A stretch of 64,000 bases of DNA from Actinomycetota bacterium (GTDB lineage Bacteria; Actinomycetota; UBA4738; HRBIN12), in NCBI GenBank assembly GCA_021325015.1, contig JAJPHY010000054.1, forward strand, positions 8,523 to 72,522. The letters are read 5' to 3'. Below, piece after piece: positions 25,909 through 36,430 of the stretch (its first letter is position 1; each line of letters opens with the position of its first letter). The position numbers were made by a program, and so were the translations under genes. The notes under the pieces are model-generated. The model saw only the letters and a program-made list of their open reading frames with translations, ran no database searches and was not told the origin of the DNA.

Positions 25909-28168
25909 GGATTCGCGCGCCCTCCTGGAGCGGGTCGCCGGTCCGGACACTCTCGTCCACGTGCGCGAGCTCCCGGCTCGCCCGAACGTCGTGGAGCCGT
26001 TCCCCGAGGACCTGCCCGAGCTGCTCGTCGAGCGGCTGTCGCTCCTCGGCGTCGAGGGCCTGTACCGGCACCAGCGGGAGGCGCTCGACGCGGTCCGCGC
26101 CGGCCGGAACGTCATCGTCGCCACCGGCACGGCGAGCGGGAAGACCCTCGTCTACAACCTCGCGTTCGCGGCCGAGGCGATCCTCGACGCCAAGCGCACC
26201 GCCCTGTACCTGTACCCGACGAAGGCGCTCGCGCGCGACCAGCTCCGCCAGATCCGCGAGCTCAAGCTCCCGCAGCTAAAGGCCGCCGTGTACGACGGCG
26301 ACACGCCGCGGGCCGAGCGACCGCTCGTTCGCAAGAACGCGAACCTCGTGATGTCGAACCCCGACATGCTCCACGCCTCGCTCCTCCCCGATCACGCGCG
26401 GTGGGCGGACTTCCTGCTGCGCCTGTCGCTCGTCGTCGTCGACGAGGCGCACGTCGCGCGCGGCGTGTTCGGCTCCCACGTCGCGATGGTGCTCCGCCGG
26501 CTCCGACGCCTGATCGCCCACTACGGCGGCGAGCCGCGGTTCGTGCTCGCGAGCGCGACGGTCGGCAATCCGGCCGAGCTCGCCGAGCGGCTGGTCGGCC
26601 TGCCGTTCGACGCCGTGACCGAGGACGCCTCGCCGTCGGGCGAGAAGGTGTTCGCGCTCGTGAACCCGCCGGTGATCGACGAGGAGTCGGGGGCGCGACG
26701 GAGCGCGCTCACCGACGCGTCGGGGATCATGGCGCGCCTGGCCGAGGCGGGCGTGAGATCGATCGGGTTCACGAGGTCCCGGCGCGCCGCGGAGCTGCTC
26801 GCCGAGTTCGCGCGCCGGGAGCTGCCCGCCGAGCTCAAGCCCCGGGTGAAGTCCTACCGCGCGGGCTACCTGCCCGAGGAGCGCCGCGAGCTCGAGCGAA
26901 TGCTGGCGGAGGACCGCCTCGTGGCCGTGGCCTCGACGAGCGCGCTCGAGCTCGGGATCGACATCGGCTCGCTCGACGCGGCGATCCTCGTCGGCTACCC
27001 GGGCACCCGCGCCTCGATGTGGCAGCAGGCCGGGCGCGCCGGGCGCCGGGAGTCCGCCTCGCTCGCGGTGCTCGTCGCGCAGGACGACCCGCTCGACCAG
27101 TACCTCGTCACGCACCCCGAGGACCTGTTCGACCGGCCGGCCGAGGACGCGGTGATCGACCCCTCGAACCCGTTCGTGCTCGAGCCGCACCTTCTGTGCG
27201 CGGCCCGCGAGCACCCGCTCGCCGAAGAGGAGCTCGCGTTCTTCGGGCCCGAGGCGGCGGACGCGGCCGCCCGTCTGGAGGAGCGGGGCGAGCTGGTCCG
27301 GCGCCGGGGGACGCTCCACCACCGGGGGCGGGAGGCTCCGCACCGGCGCGTCGACATCCGGAGCTCGAGCGGGCACCTGTTCGCGATCGTGATCCGGGAG
27401 ACCGGCGAGCTCCTCGGGACCGTGGACGAGTCCCGCGCCTACGACCACGTGCATCCCGGGGCGGTCTACCTGCACCAGGGCGAGCAGTTCGAGGTCTCCG
27501 AGCTCGATCTCGCGAACCGCGTCGCGCTCGTCTCGCGCGCCGACCCCGACTACTACACGCAGTCTCGCGACACCACCGACATCGAGGTGGTCGGGGCGAG
27601 CGAGCGGGCCGCGACCGGCGACGGCGTGCCGACCTTCTACGGCGCCGTCCGCGTGACCAACCAGGTCGTGGGGTTCGTGCGGCGCCTGGTGGCCTCGGGC
27701 GAGGTGGTCGACTCGGTCCCGCTCGACCTGCCGCCGCAGACGCTCGAGACGAAGGCCGTGTGGTGGGCGATCCCCCAGCGCGTGATCTCTCGAGCGGCGA
27801 TCCGCCCGCCGGACCTGCCCGGTGCGGTGCACGCGGCCGAGCACGCCGCGATCGGGCTGCTGCCCCTCGTCGCGACGTGCGACCGGTGGGACGTCGGCGG
27901 GGTCTCCACCGCGTACCACCCCGACACCGACGCCTGCACGATCTTCGTCTACGACGGCTACGCGGGGGGCGCCGGGATCGCCGAGCGCGGGTTCCGCTCG
28001 GCCGAGCGGCTGCTCGAGGCGACGCTCGAGACCGTGCGGCGGTGCCCGTGCCCGCACGGGTGCCCCTCGTGCGTTCAGTCGCCCAAGTGCGGCAACGGCA
28101 ACGAGCCGCTCGACAAGGCCGGTGCGGTCGCGCTGCTCGCGGCGATGCTCGGGAGGAGCTGGGGATGA
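25909..28168 (+). CDS. MrfA-like DEXH-box helicase with C-terminal DUF1998 Zn-finger domain
   Basis: Walker A TGTASGKT, DEAH-type VVVDEAHV and motif VI QQAGRAGRR. The C-terminal domain has four Cys (CPCPHGCPSC...C). This is the C-terminal 753 aa of ORF 23216..28168; the upstream 900 aa are off-frame. Confidence 0.85.
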
Positions 28169-28178
28169 GGGGTTGGAG

Positions 28179-28658
28179 ATGACGGAGCGACCGTACGTCG
28201 CAGTCTGCGGGGCCGGGGTGGCAATCGAGCGGGAAGCTGCCTGGGCCGAGGAGATCGGGCGCCTGCTCGCCGAGGCCGGCGCGGTGCTGGTCTGCGGCGG
28301 GCTGGGCGGCGTGATGGACGCCGCGGCCAGGGGATGCGCATCGGCCGGCGGCACCTCGATCGGCATCCTGCCCGGCGAGTCGCGCTCGGCCGCGAGCCCG
28401 CACCTGTCGGTCGCGATCCCGACCGGGCTCGGCGAGGCGCGGAACGCGCTCGTCGTCCGGGCGGCCGACGTCGTGATCGCGGTCGGCGGCGAGTTCGGCA
28501 CGCTGTCGGAGATCGCCCTCGCGCTGAAGACGGGAAGGCCGGTCGTCGGCCTCGGGACGTGGGAGCTCGCGAGGGACGGTCAGGCGGTCGAGGCGATCGA
28601 GCGAGCCTCGAACCCCGCGGAGGCCGTCCGGCGCGCGCTCGTCCTCGTCGGAGCGTGA
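28179..28658 (+). CDS. TIGR00725-type SLOG (LOG/DprA-like Rossmann) family protein
   Basis: VAVCGAGVA...LVCGGLGGVMDAAARGCASAGGTSIGILP...VVIAVGGEFGTLSEIALAL is the SLOG signature. It lies 10 nt after the helicase stop. Confidence 0.7.
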   Translation: MTERPYVAVCGAGVAIEREAAWAEEIGRLLAEAGAVLVCGGLGGVMDAAARGCASAGGTSIGILPGESRSAASPHLSVAIPTGLGEARNALVVRAADVVIAVGGEFGTLSEIALALKTGRPVVGLGTWELARDGQAVEAIERASNPAEAVRRALVLVGA

Positions 28659-28661
28659 GCC

Positions 28662-29333
28662 TCAGCGCCCGCTCGCGGGGGGCGGCTTGAACGCAGCCCT
28701 GGCGGCGGCCTTGGCCGCCGCCTTGGCCTGCTTCGCGGCCGCCTTCACGTCGGAGCGGGCCGCTTTCCACTGCGCGGAGGCGAGCTGCGCGACCGCTCGC
28801 GCCTCGAGCGCCGCCGCCCTCGCCTCGCGCGCGGCCGCCTTGATCGATTCGCGCACGTCGGGGGGCGGCAACATCGCGAGGATGCGCTGGGCGTGTTTGC
28901 GCTGCAGCTCCGTGCCGCCCACCAGGAAGTCCCGGATCGCCCGGAGGTGCTCGATCGAGACATTCCGCATCTGTCGGTTGCCCTCCTCGCGAAGGGGTCC
29001 GTACAGCTCCCCCGCAGCTCGCAGGGTCTGCTCGGTGATCACGACGAGCACCCGCCGCTGGTCCCCCGCATCGCGAACCCGACGCACGAGCCCGGCGGAT
29101 TCCAGACGGTCCAAGGCCGCGGTCATCGCTCCGGGCGACATGCCCGTCGCTTCGGCGAGCTGACCGGCCGTCATCGGGCCCCGGACGTTCAGCATGCCGA
29201 GGCAGCGCTGATCGGTCCGGTTGATCCCGAACAGCCTGCCGACGGCGTCGTCCAGCAGGTCGCTGGCGATCTGGTACTCCTGGATCGCCCGCCCGATCTC
29301 GCGGATCAGCTCCTGTCGAGATTCATTTGACAT
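28662..29333 (-). CDS. MarR-family transcriptional regulator with Ala/Lys-rich basic C-terminal tail
   Basis: wHTH region MTAGQLAEATGMSPGAMTAALDRLESAGLVRRVRD...RRVLVVITE. The tail reads AAKQAKAAAKAAARAAFK. Start ATG 29333 (MSNESRQ) has AAAGG upstream. In-frame ATGs at 29351 and 29369 are alternatives. Confidence 0.75.
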   Translation of the reverse strand: MSNESRQELIREIGRAIQEYQIASDLLDDAVGRLFGINRTDQRCLGMLNVRGPMTAGQLAEATGMSPGAMTAALDRLESAGLVRRVRDAGDQRRVLVVITEQTLRAAGELYGPLREEGNRQMRNVSIEHLRAIRDFLVGGTELQRKHAQRILAMLPPPDVRESIKAAAREARAAALEARAVAQLASAQWKAARSDVKAAAKQAKAAAKAAARAAFKPPPASGR

Positions 29334-29356
29334 TGGAACCTTTCGATTCATAAACT
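29327..29356 (+). promoter_or_regulatory. Candidate sigma70-like promoter (TTGACA-18-TAAACT) for the ABC transporter, in an AT-rich divergent region
   Basis: Hexamers read from the sequence. The segment 29320..29380 is unusually AT-rich for this DNA. Confidence 0.35.
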
Positions 29357-29398
29357 GTTCGAGTTTCAAAAGTATACCCCCGCACGGGAGGAGAGCGG

Positions 29399-30376
29399 AT
29401 GAGCCACGCGATCGAAGCCGAGGGACTGGTCAAGACCTACCCGAAGGGCGTCCGAGCGCTCGACGGGCTGGGGTTCGCCGTCGAGGAGGGGACCATCTTC
29501 GGGCTGCTCGGCCCGAACGGAGCCGGCAAGTCCACCACCGTGAAGGTCCTGACCACGCTCTCCCGACCCGACGCCGGCGGGGCCCGGGTCGCCGGCCTGG
29601 ACGTCCTGCGCCGGCCCGACCGCGTCCGCCGGGTCATCGGGCTGGTCTCGCAGCGTTCGGCGGTGGACCCCGAGGCCACCGGACGGGAGAACCTGACCCT
29701 GCAGGGCCGCCTCTACGGCATGGAGGGGCGAGAGCTGCGCGGGCGGGTCGCGGAGCTGCTCGAACGGTTCGGGCTCGCCGGCGCCGGCAAGCGGGTCGCC
29801 CGAGACTACTCGGGTGGAATGCAGCGGCGCCTCGACATCGCGACCGGGCTCGTGCACCGCCCGAAGGTGCTGTTCCTGGACGAGCCGACGACCGGCCTCG
29901 ACCCCGAGGTGCGGGCGGACATGTGGCGCATGATCCGCGAGCTCGCCCGCGACGAGGGCCTCACGATCCTGCTCACGACGCACTACCTCGAGGAGGCCGA
30001 CCGGCTCGCCTCGCGTCTGGCGATCGTCGACCGCGGGCGCGTGGTCGCCGAAGGGACGCCTGAGGCGCTGAAGAGCGAGCTCCGCGGCGACGCCCTGCAG
30101 ATCGAGCTCGGCGACGGGCAGACGAACGGCGAGGTCCACCGCGCGCTGGCGTCGCTGGCCGAGGTGCGCGACGTGGTCCTCGAGGGACGGAGGCTCCGGG
30201 CCCGCGCCGACGACGGTCCGCGAGCGGTTCCCGTCGTGCTCCAGGCGCTCGAGTCAGCGGGGGTCCGGGTCGCGTCGGTGACCGTGTCCCGGCCCTCGCT
30301 CGACGACGTGTATCTGCGGCACACGGGCCGGAGGTTCGAGGAGGCCGATCGGGCCGAGGAGGTGAAGACGAGATGA
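29399..30376 (+). CDS. ABC transporter ATP-binding protein (DrrA-like, ABC-2 type)
   Basis: Walker A GPNGAGKST, signature YSGGMQRRL, Walker B LLFLDEPTTGLD. Strong SD GGGAGGAG. Confidence 0.9.
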   Translation: MSHAIEAEGLVKTYPKGVRALDGLGFAVEEGTIFGLLGPNGAGKSTTVKVLTTLSRPDAGGARVAGLDVLRRPDRVRRVIGLVSQRSAVDPEATGRENLTLQGRLYGMEGRELRGRVAELLERFGLAGAGKRVARDYSGGMQRRLDIATGLVHRPKVLFLDEPTTGLDPEVRADMWRMIRELARDEGLTILLTTHYLEEADRLASRLAIVDRGRVVAEGTPEALKSELRGDALQIELGDGQTNGEVHRALASLAEVRDVVLEGRRLRARADDGPRAVPVVLQALESAGVRVASVTVSRPSLDDVYLRHTGRRFEEADRAEEVKTR

Positions 30377-31149
30377 CGTCGCTGAAGCACACGTGGTACA
30401 TGACGCTCCGTCACCTGCGGGCGCTCGCCCGCCAGCCCTGGTACATCGCGTTCACGCTGGTCCAGCCGATGATCTACCTGCTGCTGTTCGGCTCGCTGTT
30501 CCAGAAGATCACGGGGCTCGGACACTTCGGCACGGCCGACTACATCGCGTACCTCACGCCGGGCATCGTCGTGATGACCGCGATGTTCTCGGGTGGGTGG
30601 TCGGGCATGGGGATGGTCTTCGACCTCGACCGGGGCGTCATGGACCGGTTCCTCGTCTCGCCGGTCCGCCGGGGCTCGCTGATCAACGGTCGCGTCGCGC
30701 AGGGCGCGATCGTGGCGGCGATTCAGGCGCTGATCATCCTCGTCGTCGGGCTCGTGCGCGGCGCTCGGTTCGACGGCGGGCCGCTCGGCGTCCTCGCGCT
30801 CATCGCGAGCGCGGTGCTGCTCGCGGCGCCGTTCATCGCGCTCTCAAACGCCACCGCGCTCATGGTGCGGAAGGAGGAGTCCGTGATCGGCGCGGTGAAC
30901 TTCATCCTGCTGCCGCTCACCTTCACCTCGTCGGTGTTCATGGCCAAGGACCTGATGCCCGGCTGGATGCAGACCGTGGCTCGGTTCAACCCGGCGAACT
31001 GGGCGGTCGAGGCCGCTCGGGACGCCGCGCTGCAGGCCCACCCGGACTGGGGCTCGATCGGCACGCACCTCGGCCTGCTCGCGGCCTTCACGGTCGTCGC
31101 GGTCGCGCTCGCCACGAGGGCCTTCCGCGCCTACCAGCGCTCCGTCTGA
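30373..31149 (+). CDS. ABC-2 type transporter permease (DrrB-like)
   Basis: Six TM segments. The start overlaps the upstream stop (ATGA). Confidence 0.85.
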   Translation: MTSLKHTWYMTLRHLRALARQPWYIAFTLVQPMIYLLLFGSLFQKITGLGHFGTADYIAYLTPGIVVMTAMFSGGWSGMGMVFDLDRGVMDRFLVSPVRRGSLINGRVAQGAIVAAIQALIILVVGLVRGARFDGGPLGVLALIASAVLLAAPFIALSNATALMVRKEESVIGAVNFILLPLTFTSSVFMAKDLMPGWMQTVARFNPANWAVEAARDAALQAHPDWGSIGTHLGLLAAFTVVAVALATRAFRAYQRSV

Positions 31150-31154
31150 ACCGG

Positions 31155-32324
31155 CTACCGCAGAGCCGGATCGTAGGGGAACGGGGCGAGCACCCTCGCC
31201 CCGTTCGCCGTCACGAGCACCTGCTCGCCGAGCTTCACGCCATCGCGCGCCCCCGCGGCGCCCGCATACAGCTCCACCACCAGCGCCATGCCCTCGACCA
31301 GCACGCGGTCGGGGTTCGGCTGCCGGTCCTCCGGGTACGCGACGCTCGGGCTCTCCTCCTCCAGCCCGATGCCGTGCACCATGACCTCGTAGCGCTGCGG
31401 CCGGTACGCTTCCGGCAGCCGGGGCGCGCGCTCGGCCAGCTCCCGGCAGGTCACACCGGGGCGGATGAGATCGAGCATGCGGGAGAGCCACTCGTACGCG
31501 ACCCCGAAGACCTCGCGCTGCGCCGGCGTCGGCCGAACGTCCCCGCAGAGGAACGTGCGCGACACGCAGAAGAAGTAGCCCTCGACGCCGACCGCGTCGG
31601 TGTCGACAAAGACGAGATCGCCCGGCTCGAGCGCCCGCGCCGTCGCCTCGGCCCGCCACGGGTTGGTGTTCGGCCCGGAGCACACCGTGCTCGTCGCCAG
31701 GTACTCGCCGCCGTGTCGCAGCAGCCGGTCGGCGAGGACGGCGAGCAGGTCGCACTCCCGCACGCCGGGCGCCACCGTCGCCTCGAACGCGGACAGCAGG
31801 TCCGACACGATCGCCCCGTTGAGCTCGAGGAGCCGGACCTCCTCGACGGTCTTGACCTCGCGTGCCGCACACGTGACGGGCGACGAGTCGGTAAGCGAAA
31901 CGCCCTCCCGGAGCAGCGCGAGCAGACCCGGCGTCCCGAGCCGGTCCACCGCCAGGCGGTCGGGCACCGCGCCGAGCTCGCGGGCCGCGCCCAGGACCTC
32001 GCGAACGAACACCGCCGCCTCGCCCTCGGGGTCGTCGGTGAACTCCCACGCGTGCATCGGCCGCACGTCGGGGGCGATCCGGCGCGCGCGGTGGATCGAG
32101 TTCGGGTGCTCGAACAGGATCGGAACCCCCTCGGCCGGAACGAGCGCGCACCGGACGAAGGTCGTCTCGCTCCAGATCGGCATCGTCGACACCCCGGTGG
32201 CGTAGCGGATGTTCGGCTCGTTGAAGAGCAGGCACAGGTCGACGCCTCGCTCGCGCATCGCCGCCTGCAGGCGCGCGAGCCGGCCGGCACGAAGCTGCGC
32301 AAGGTCGATGCCCAGGTGGGTCAC
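31155..32324 (-). CDS. M24-family Xaa-Pro dipeptidase / creatinase-like hydrolase
   Basis: Creatinase_N-like N-terminus and pita-bread C-terminus (VFVDTDAVGVEGYFFCVSRTF, EVMVHGIGLEEESP). GTG 32324 has AGGA upstream. The ORF-track start at 32489 overlaps the MMPL gene. Confidence 0.8.
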   Translation of the reverse strand: MTHLGIDLAQLRAGRLARLQAAMRERGVDLCLLFNEPNIRYATGVSTMPIWSETTFVRCALVPAEGVPILFEHPNSIHRARRIAPDVRPMHAWEFTDDPEGEAAVFVREVLGAARELGAVPDRLAVDRLGTPGLLALLREGVSLTDSSPVTCAAREVKTVEEVRLLELNGAIVSDLLSAFEATVAPGVRECDLLAVLADRLLRHGGEYLATSTVCSGPNTNPWRAEATARALEPGDLVFVDTDAVGVEGYFFCVSRTFLCGDVRPTPAQREVFGVAYEWLSRMLDLIRPGVTCRELAERAPRLPEAYRPQRYEVMVHGIGLEEESPSVAYPEDRQPNPDRVLVEGMALVVELYAGAAGARDGVKLGEQVLVTANGARVLAPFPYDPALR

Positions 32325-32335
32325 GACTCGGGATC

Positions 32336-34579
32336 CTAGCGGGGCGGCAAGCGCAGCCGGCGCTTGGAGTGCCCGTCGTGCGCCATCTTGAACACCTGGT
32401 AGGGCTCGCGCGGCTCGATCGGCGGCAGGCTGCCCTCCCCCTCGATGTCGAGACCGGGCAGGATCCGGTTCAGCCAGCCGGGGAGCCACCAGTTCGCGTG
32501 CCCGAGCAGCACCATCGTGGACGGCACGAGCACGATCCGCACCACCGTGGCGTCAACCAGCACCGCCACGGCGAGCCCGAACCCGATCATCTTCACGGTC
32601 GAGCTCTCGTTCAGCACGAACGAGAGGAACACCGCGATCATCACGAGCGCGGCGGAGGTGATCACCCGTGCCGTCGAGCGGATGCCGGTGGCGACGCTCT
32701 CGACCGTGTCGCGATCGACCAGGTACTCCTCGCGGACCCGGGAGAGCAGGAACACCTCGTAGTCCATCGACAGGCCGAACAGGATCGCGAACATCACCAT
32801 CGGGACGAACGAGACGATCGCGACGGGCCCGTCGAGCCCGAGCAGGCGATCACCCCAGCCCCACTGGAACGCCGCGACGACGGCGCCGTAGGCGGCGGCG
32901 ATCGACAGGCCGTTCACGATCGCCGCCTTGAGCGGCACGAGGACCGAGCGGAACACGAGCAGGAGCAGCACGAACGAGAGCGCCACCACGGTCGCGATCA
33001 ACGGGACCAGGCGTCCCGCGACGAGCGACTTGAGGTCCAGGAACAGGGCGGTCGCGCCCCCCACGAGGATCGTCGCTCCGGTCTCGCGCTCGATCGGCGG
33101 GAGCACCCGCTCGCGTAGCCGCTCGACCAGGTCGCCGGTCGCCGACGAGCCGCGGGCGGAGCGCGGGATCGCGGTGACCACGGCCGTCCGCCCATTCGCG
33201 CTCACCGCCGGCTGCGTCACGGCAGCCACGTCGGGATCGCTCCTCACCGCCGCCACGACCGCCTGCACCGCCGAGGCGTCCCCCGGAGTCGGCAGCTCCG
33301 CGACCAGCAGGAGCGGGCCGTTCACGCCGGGACCGAACCCCTCGGCGATGAGCGCGGCCGCCCGCGCCTGGGTCGAGTCCTTCCCGGCAACGCCGACGTC
33401 GAGGCCGAGGCGCATCGAGAACATCGGGACCATCAACGTTCCGACGACGGCGAGCCCCGCGACGAGCGAACGCCACGGGTGGGTGGCCACGACGCGCGCC
33501 CACCTCGCCCAGATCCCCTGATGGTCGGTCTGCGATCGCCGCCGCGGCCACCCGATCCCGAGCGCGTCGACGCGGCGGCCGAGGATCCCGAGCAGCGCCG
33601 GCAGCAGCGTGAGGGCCGCGGCGACGGCGACGAGCACCGCGATCGAGGCGACCGAGCCGATCAGGCCGACGAACGGGATGCCCGACACCCACAGCCCCCA
33701 GATCGCGACCATGACCGTGAACCCGGCGAACAGGACGGCCTGTCCGGCCGTCGCGACCGCGCGCCCGATCGCGTCGCCGACCGCTAAGCCGCGCCCGAGG
33801 CCTTCCCGGAAGCGCGTGACGATGAACAGCGAGTAATCGATGCCCACGCCGAGGCCGAGCATCGTGGCGAGCGTCGGGGTGAGCGTCGGGATGTCGCCGA
33901 CGTGCGAGATCAGCCAGACGATCGCGAGCGAGGTCCCGAGCCCGAGGAGCGCGGTCACGATCGGCAGCCCCATCGCCGTCAGCGATCCGAACGCGAGGAA
34001 CAGCACGACGACCGCCGCCGTGAGGCCGACGATCTCCGAGCCGCGGGGCTCCGGCAGGTGGGTGAACTCGACGAGCGGGCCTCCGAGCTCGACCTGGAGG
34101 CCGGCCGCGCGGGCCGGCGCCACGACGGCGCTCAGGCGATCGGCGGCGGCGCGTCCCAGCCGGGTGAGGCCCTCGTCGTAGTGGACGGTCGTGAACGCGA
34201 TCGTTCGATCCCGGGAGATCCCGGCCTCCCCGCCGGTCGCGGTCGGATCGTCCACCGCGACCACGTGCGGAAGACCGGCGACCCGCTGGAGAGTCCCCTC
34301 GATGGCCGCCATCGCCGCCGGAGTGGCGAGCGTGCCGGTTCGCGCGTGGAAGACGATCGTCGCGGTGGTGCCCGCCTGCTCGGGAAACCGGGCCCTCAAC
34401 ACGTCCAGGGCGCGTTCGGCCTCCGACCCTGGGATGCGGAAGTCGTCGACCAGCGCGGGCCCGGCGATGCGCCCGGCCGCGAACACGGCCCCGGCCACGA
34501 GGACCCAGACGCCCAGCACGAGGAACCGGCGGCGGGCGGCACCCCGCCCGAGGCGGTACAGACCGGTGGTCAGGCTCAT
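32336..34579 (-). CDS. MMPL-family (RND superfamily) membrane transporter
   Basis: Two 6-TM bundles with periplasmic loops. Contains DYSLFIVTRFREG and MDYEVFLLSRVREE. ATG 34579 has GAGGAG upstream. ORF 32336..35707 carries a spurious 375 aa N-terminus. Confidence 0.85.
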   Translation of the reverse strand: MSLTTGLYRLGRGAARRRFLVLGVWVLVAGAVFAAGRIAGPALVDDFRIPGSEAERALDVLRARFPEQAGTTATIVFHARTGTLATPAAMAAIEGTLQRVAGLPHVVAVDDPTATGGEAGISRDRTIAFTTVHYDEGLTRLGRAAADRLSAVVAPARAAGLQVELGGPLVEFTHLPEPRGSEIVGLTAAVVVLFLAFGSLTAMGLPIVTALLGLGTSLAIVWLISHVGDIPTLTPTLATMLGLGVGIDYSLFIVTRFREGLGRGLAVGDAIGRAVATAGQAVLFAGFTVMVAIWGLWVSGIPFVGLIGSVASIAVLVAVAAALTLLPALLGILGRRVDALGIGWPRRRSQTDHQGIWARWARVVATHPWRSLVAGLAVVGTLMVPMFSMRLGLDVGVAGKDSTQARAAALIAEGFGPGVNGPLLLVAELPTPGDASAVQAVVAAVRSDPDVAAVTQPAVSANGRTAVVTAIPRSARGSSATGDLVERLRERVLPPIERETGATILVGGATALFLDLKSLVAGRLVPLIATVVALSFVLLLLVFRSVLVPLKAAIVNGLSIAAAYGAVVAAFQWGWGDRLLGLDGPVAIVSFVPMVMFAILFGLSMDYEVFLLSRVREEYLVDRDTVESVATGIRSTARVITSAALVMIAVFLSFVLNESSTVKMIGFGLAVAVLVDATVVRIVLVPSTMVLLGHANWWLPGWLNRILPGLDIEGEGSLPPIEPREPYQVFKMAHDGHSKRRLRLPPR

Positions 34580-34704
34580 GCGAACCGCTCCTCGAGCTCC
34601 CGGCCATGGTACGGGAGTCACCGGCGCGGCCGCAGGGACGAACGGCCCCGCTCGGCGGGGCGAACGCCCAAGGGCCGCGTGGCCAGCAGATCCGCGCCGT
34701 CGCC

Positions 34705-36279
34705 TCAGGCGCGAACGCGCTGGAGCGCCCGCATCACGGCTCCGCGCTCCCCCGGCGTGAGACCGGTGAGGAGGAACGCGGTGGAGTAGACGAGGCCGCC
34801 CGCGAGCCCGGTGCCGAGCAGGTCGATCCCCCACTTCGGACCCGAGAGCAGCGCGTGCACGCCGATCATCGCCGCGGCCCCCACCGCCGCCGGGACGGCG
34901 AGGCGGAGGTAGTGGCGGTCGTACGGTTGGATCCGCACGAACCGCCACACGAGCAGTAGACGGAAGGTGTTGGAGAACACGAGGGTCGATGCCTGGGCGA
35001 TCGCGGCCCCCTTCGGCCCCATGCCGGGGACGAGCGCGACCGCCACGCCGAGGTCGAGGGCGAAGGAGGACGCGTACACGAGCAGGTCCCAGCCCGTGCG
35101 CCCCACCATGATGAGGACGAACCCGGCCGCCCCGACGCTCACGTTCACGATCTGCCCGACGAGCAGGATCCGCAGCCACGACGTGCCGGTCGAGTAGTTG
35201 CCGCCGAAGACCTTCAGCACCGGACCGGGCGCGATCAGGAACAGGAGCAGCAGCGGGATCGTGCCGGCGAGCGTCCACCGCGTGATCGACTTGAACAGCC
35301 CGTCGAGCCGGTCGCGCTCGCCGCGCTCGTGCAGGTCGGCCACGAAGGGGCTGAACATGTACGAGACGGCGGTCAGGAACAGGACGAGCGCCTGCGCCAC
35401 TCGCACAGCGGCCGCGTAGACGGAGAGGTCGGCGCTTCCCGACGGCAGGTAGTGCGAGAGCACGAACAGGTCCGTGTAGAACAGCGCCTGCGACAGGAGC
35501 GCGGCCGGCGCGCGCGGCGCGCCGTAGCGCAGGAGCGCGGCGGCCTCGTGCGGCTCGGCGGGCATCGGCTCGAACGCCGCAGTCTCCCGCCGCCACAGGA
35601 CCCACGCGAGCGCCGTGGCCACGACCCACGAGAGCGTGTACGTCCACACGGTGACGGCGACCGTCTTCTCGACCACGCTCCATCCGACCAGCGTGAGCGC
35701 GATCCACGAGATCGGCTGGCCGATCCAGTACGCATAGAGCGTGTGGCGCATGATCTTCAGCCCGCGGCTACCGCCGAGGTATACCTGCGCCAGCGCGACG
35801 AACGCGAGCCCGATCGCCGCCGCCCGGAACGCGCTCGCCGGCGCGTGCAGGAACGACGAGAGGGGGGTCGCGAGCAGGAGCCCGGCGGCCGCCACGACGA
35901 CCGAGACGCCGAGCGCGACGAGCGCGGCGATCCGCACGATCGCGCGCGAGCGGCCGGGCTCCCCCTTGCCGACCTCGATCGCGACGCGCCGGACCGAGGC
36001 CATGTCCATGCCGAACCGCGTCGCGGCCCCGGCGACGAACGCGAGCTGGGTGGCGAGCGTGACCTGCCCGAAGGCCGCCGAGTGCTTGCCGAACGCGCGG
36101 GCGATCAGGACGTTCATCCCGAAGCTCGCCAGCACGAACACCGCGAGCCCGACGACGTTCTGCCCGGTCCCGGCCAGGATCGTCACGTGGTCCCGGCCGT
36201 GGGCGTCCTCGCCGAGACCGAGCGCGTCGGCCAGGCGGGCCCCTTCCGCCCGCGACCGACGACCCCGCTCCGAGCTCAC
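34705..36279 (-). CDS. MOP-superfamily polysaccharide/lipid-linked oligosaccharide flippase (Wzx/MurJ-like)
   Basis: About 14 TM segments. GTG 36279 is preceded by GAGGAGGAGGGG. Confidence 0.7.
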   Translation of the reverse strand: MSSERGRRSRAEGARLADALGLGEDAHGRDHVTILAGTGQNVVGLAVFVLASFGMNVLIARAFGKHSAAFGQVTLATQLAFVAGAATRFGMDMASVRRVAIEVGKGEPGRSRAIVRIAALVALGVSVVVAAAGLLLATPLSSFLHAPASAFRAAAIGLAFVALAQVYLGGSRGLKIMRHTLYAYWIGQPISWIALTLVGWSVVEKTVAVTVWTYTLSWVVATALAWVLWRRETAAFEPMPAEPHEAAALLRYGAPRAPAALLSQALFYTDLFVLSHYLPSGSADLSVYAAAVRVAQALVLFLTAVSYMFSPFVADLHERGERDRLDGLFKSITRWTLAGTIPLLLLFLIAPGPVLKVFGGNYSTGTSWLRILLVGQIVNVSVGAAGFVLIMVGRTGWDLLVYASSFALDLGVAVALVPGMGPKGAAIAQASTLVFSNTFRLLLVWRFVRIQPYDRHYLRLAVPAAVGAAAMIGVHALLSGPKWGIDLLGTGLAGGLVYSTAFLLTGLTPGERGAVMRALQRVRA

Positions 36280-36430
36280 CGACGACCCCTCCTCCTCGCC
36301 CGGAGCCACCCTCGGCCCGGTCCGGCCCGGCAGCCTACCGCGCGGTCGCGTCGGCCCCTCCTCATCGTCAAGGAATCTCCATTCCGAGGCATCGCCATCC
36401 CGCGCGGAGCCTGGAAGACTCGCCCTGCCG

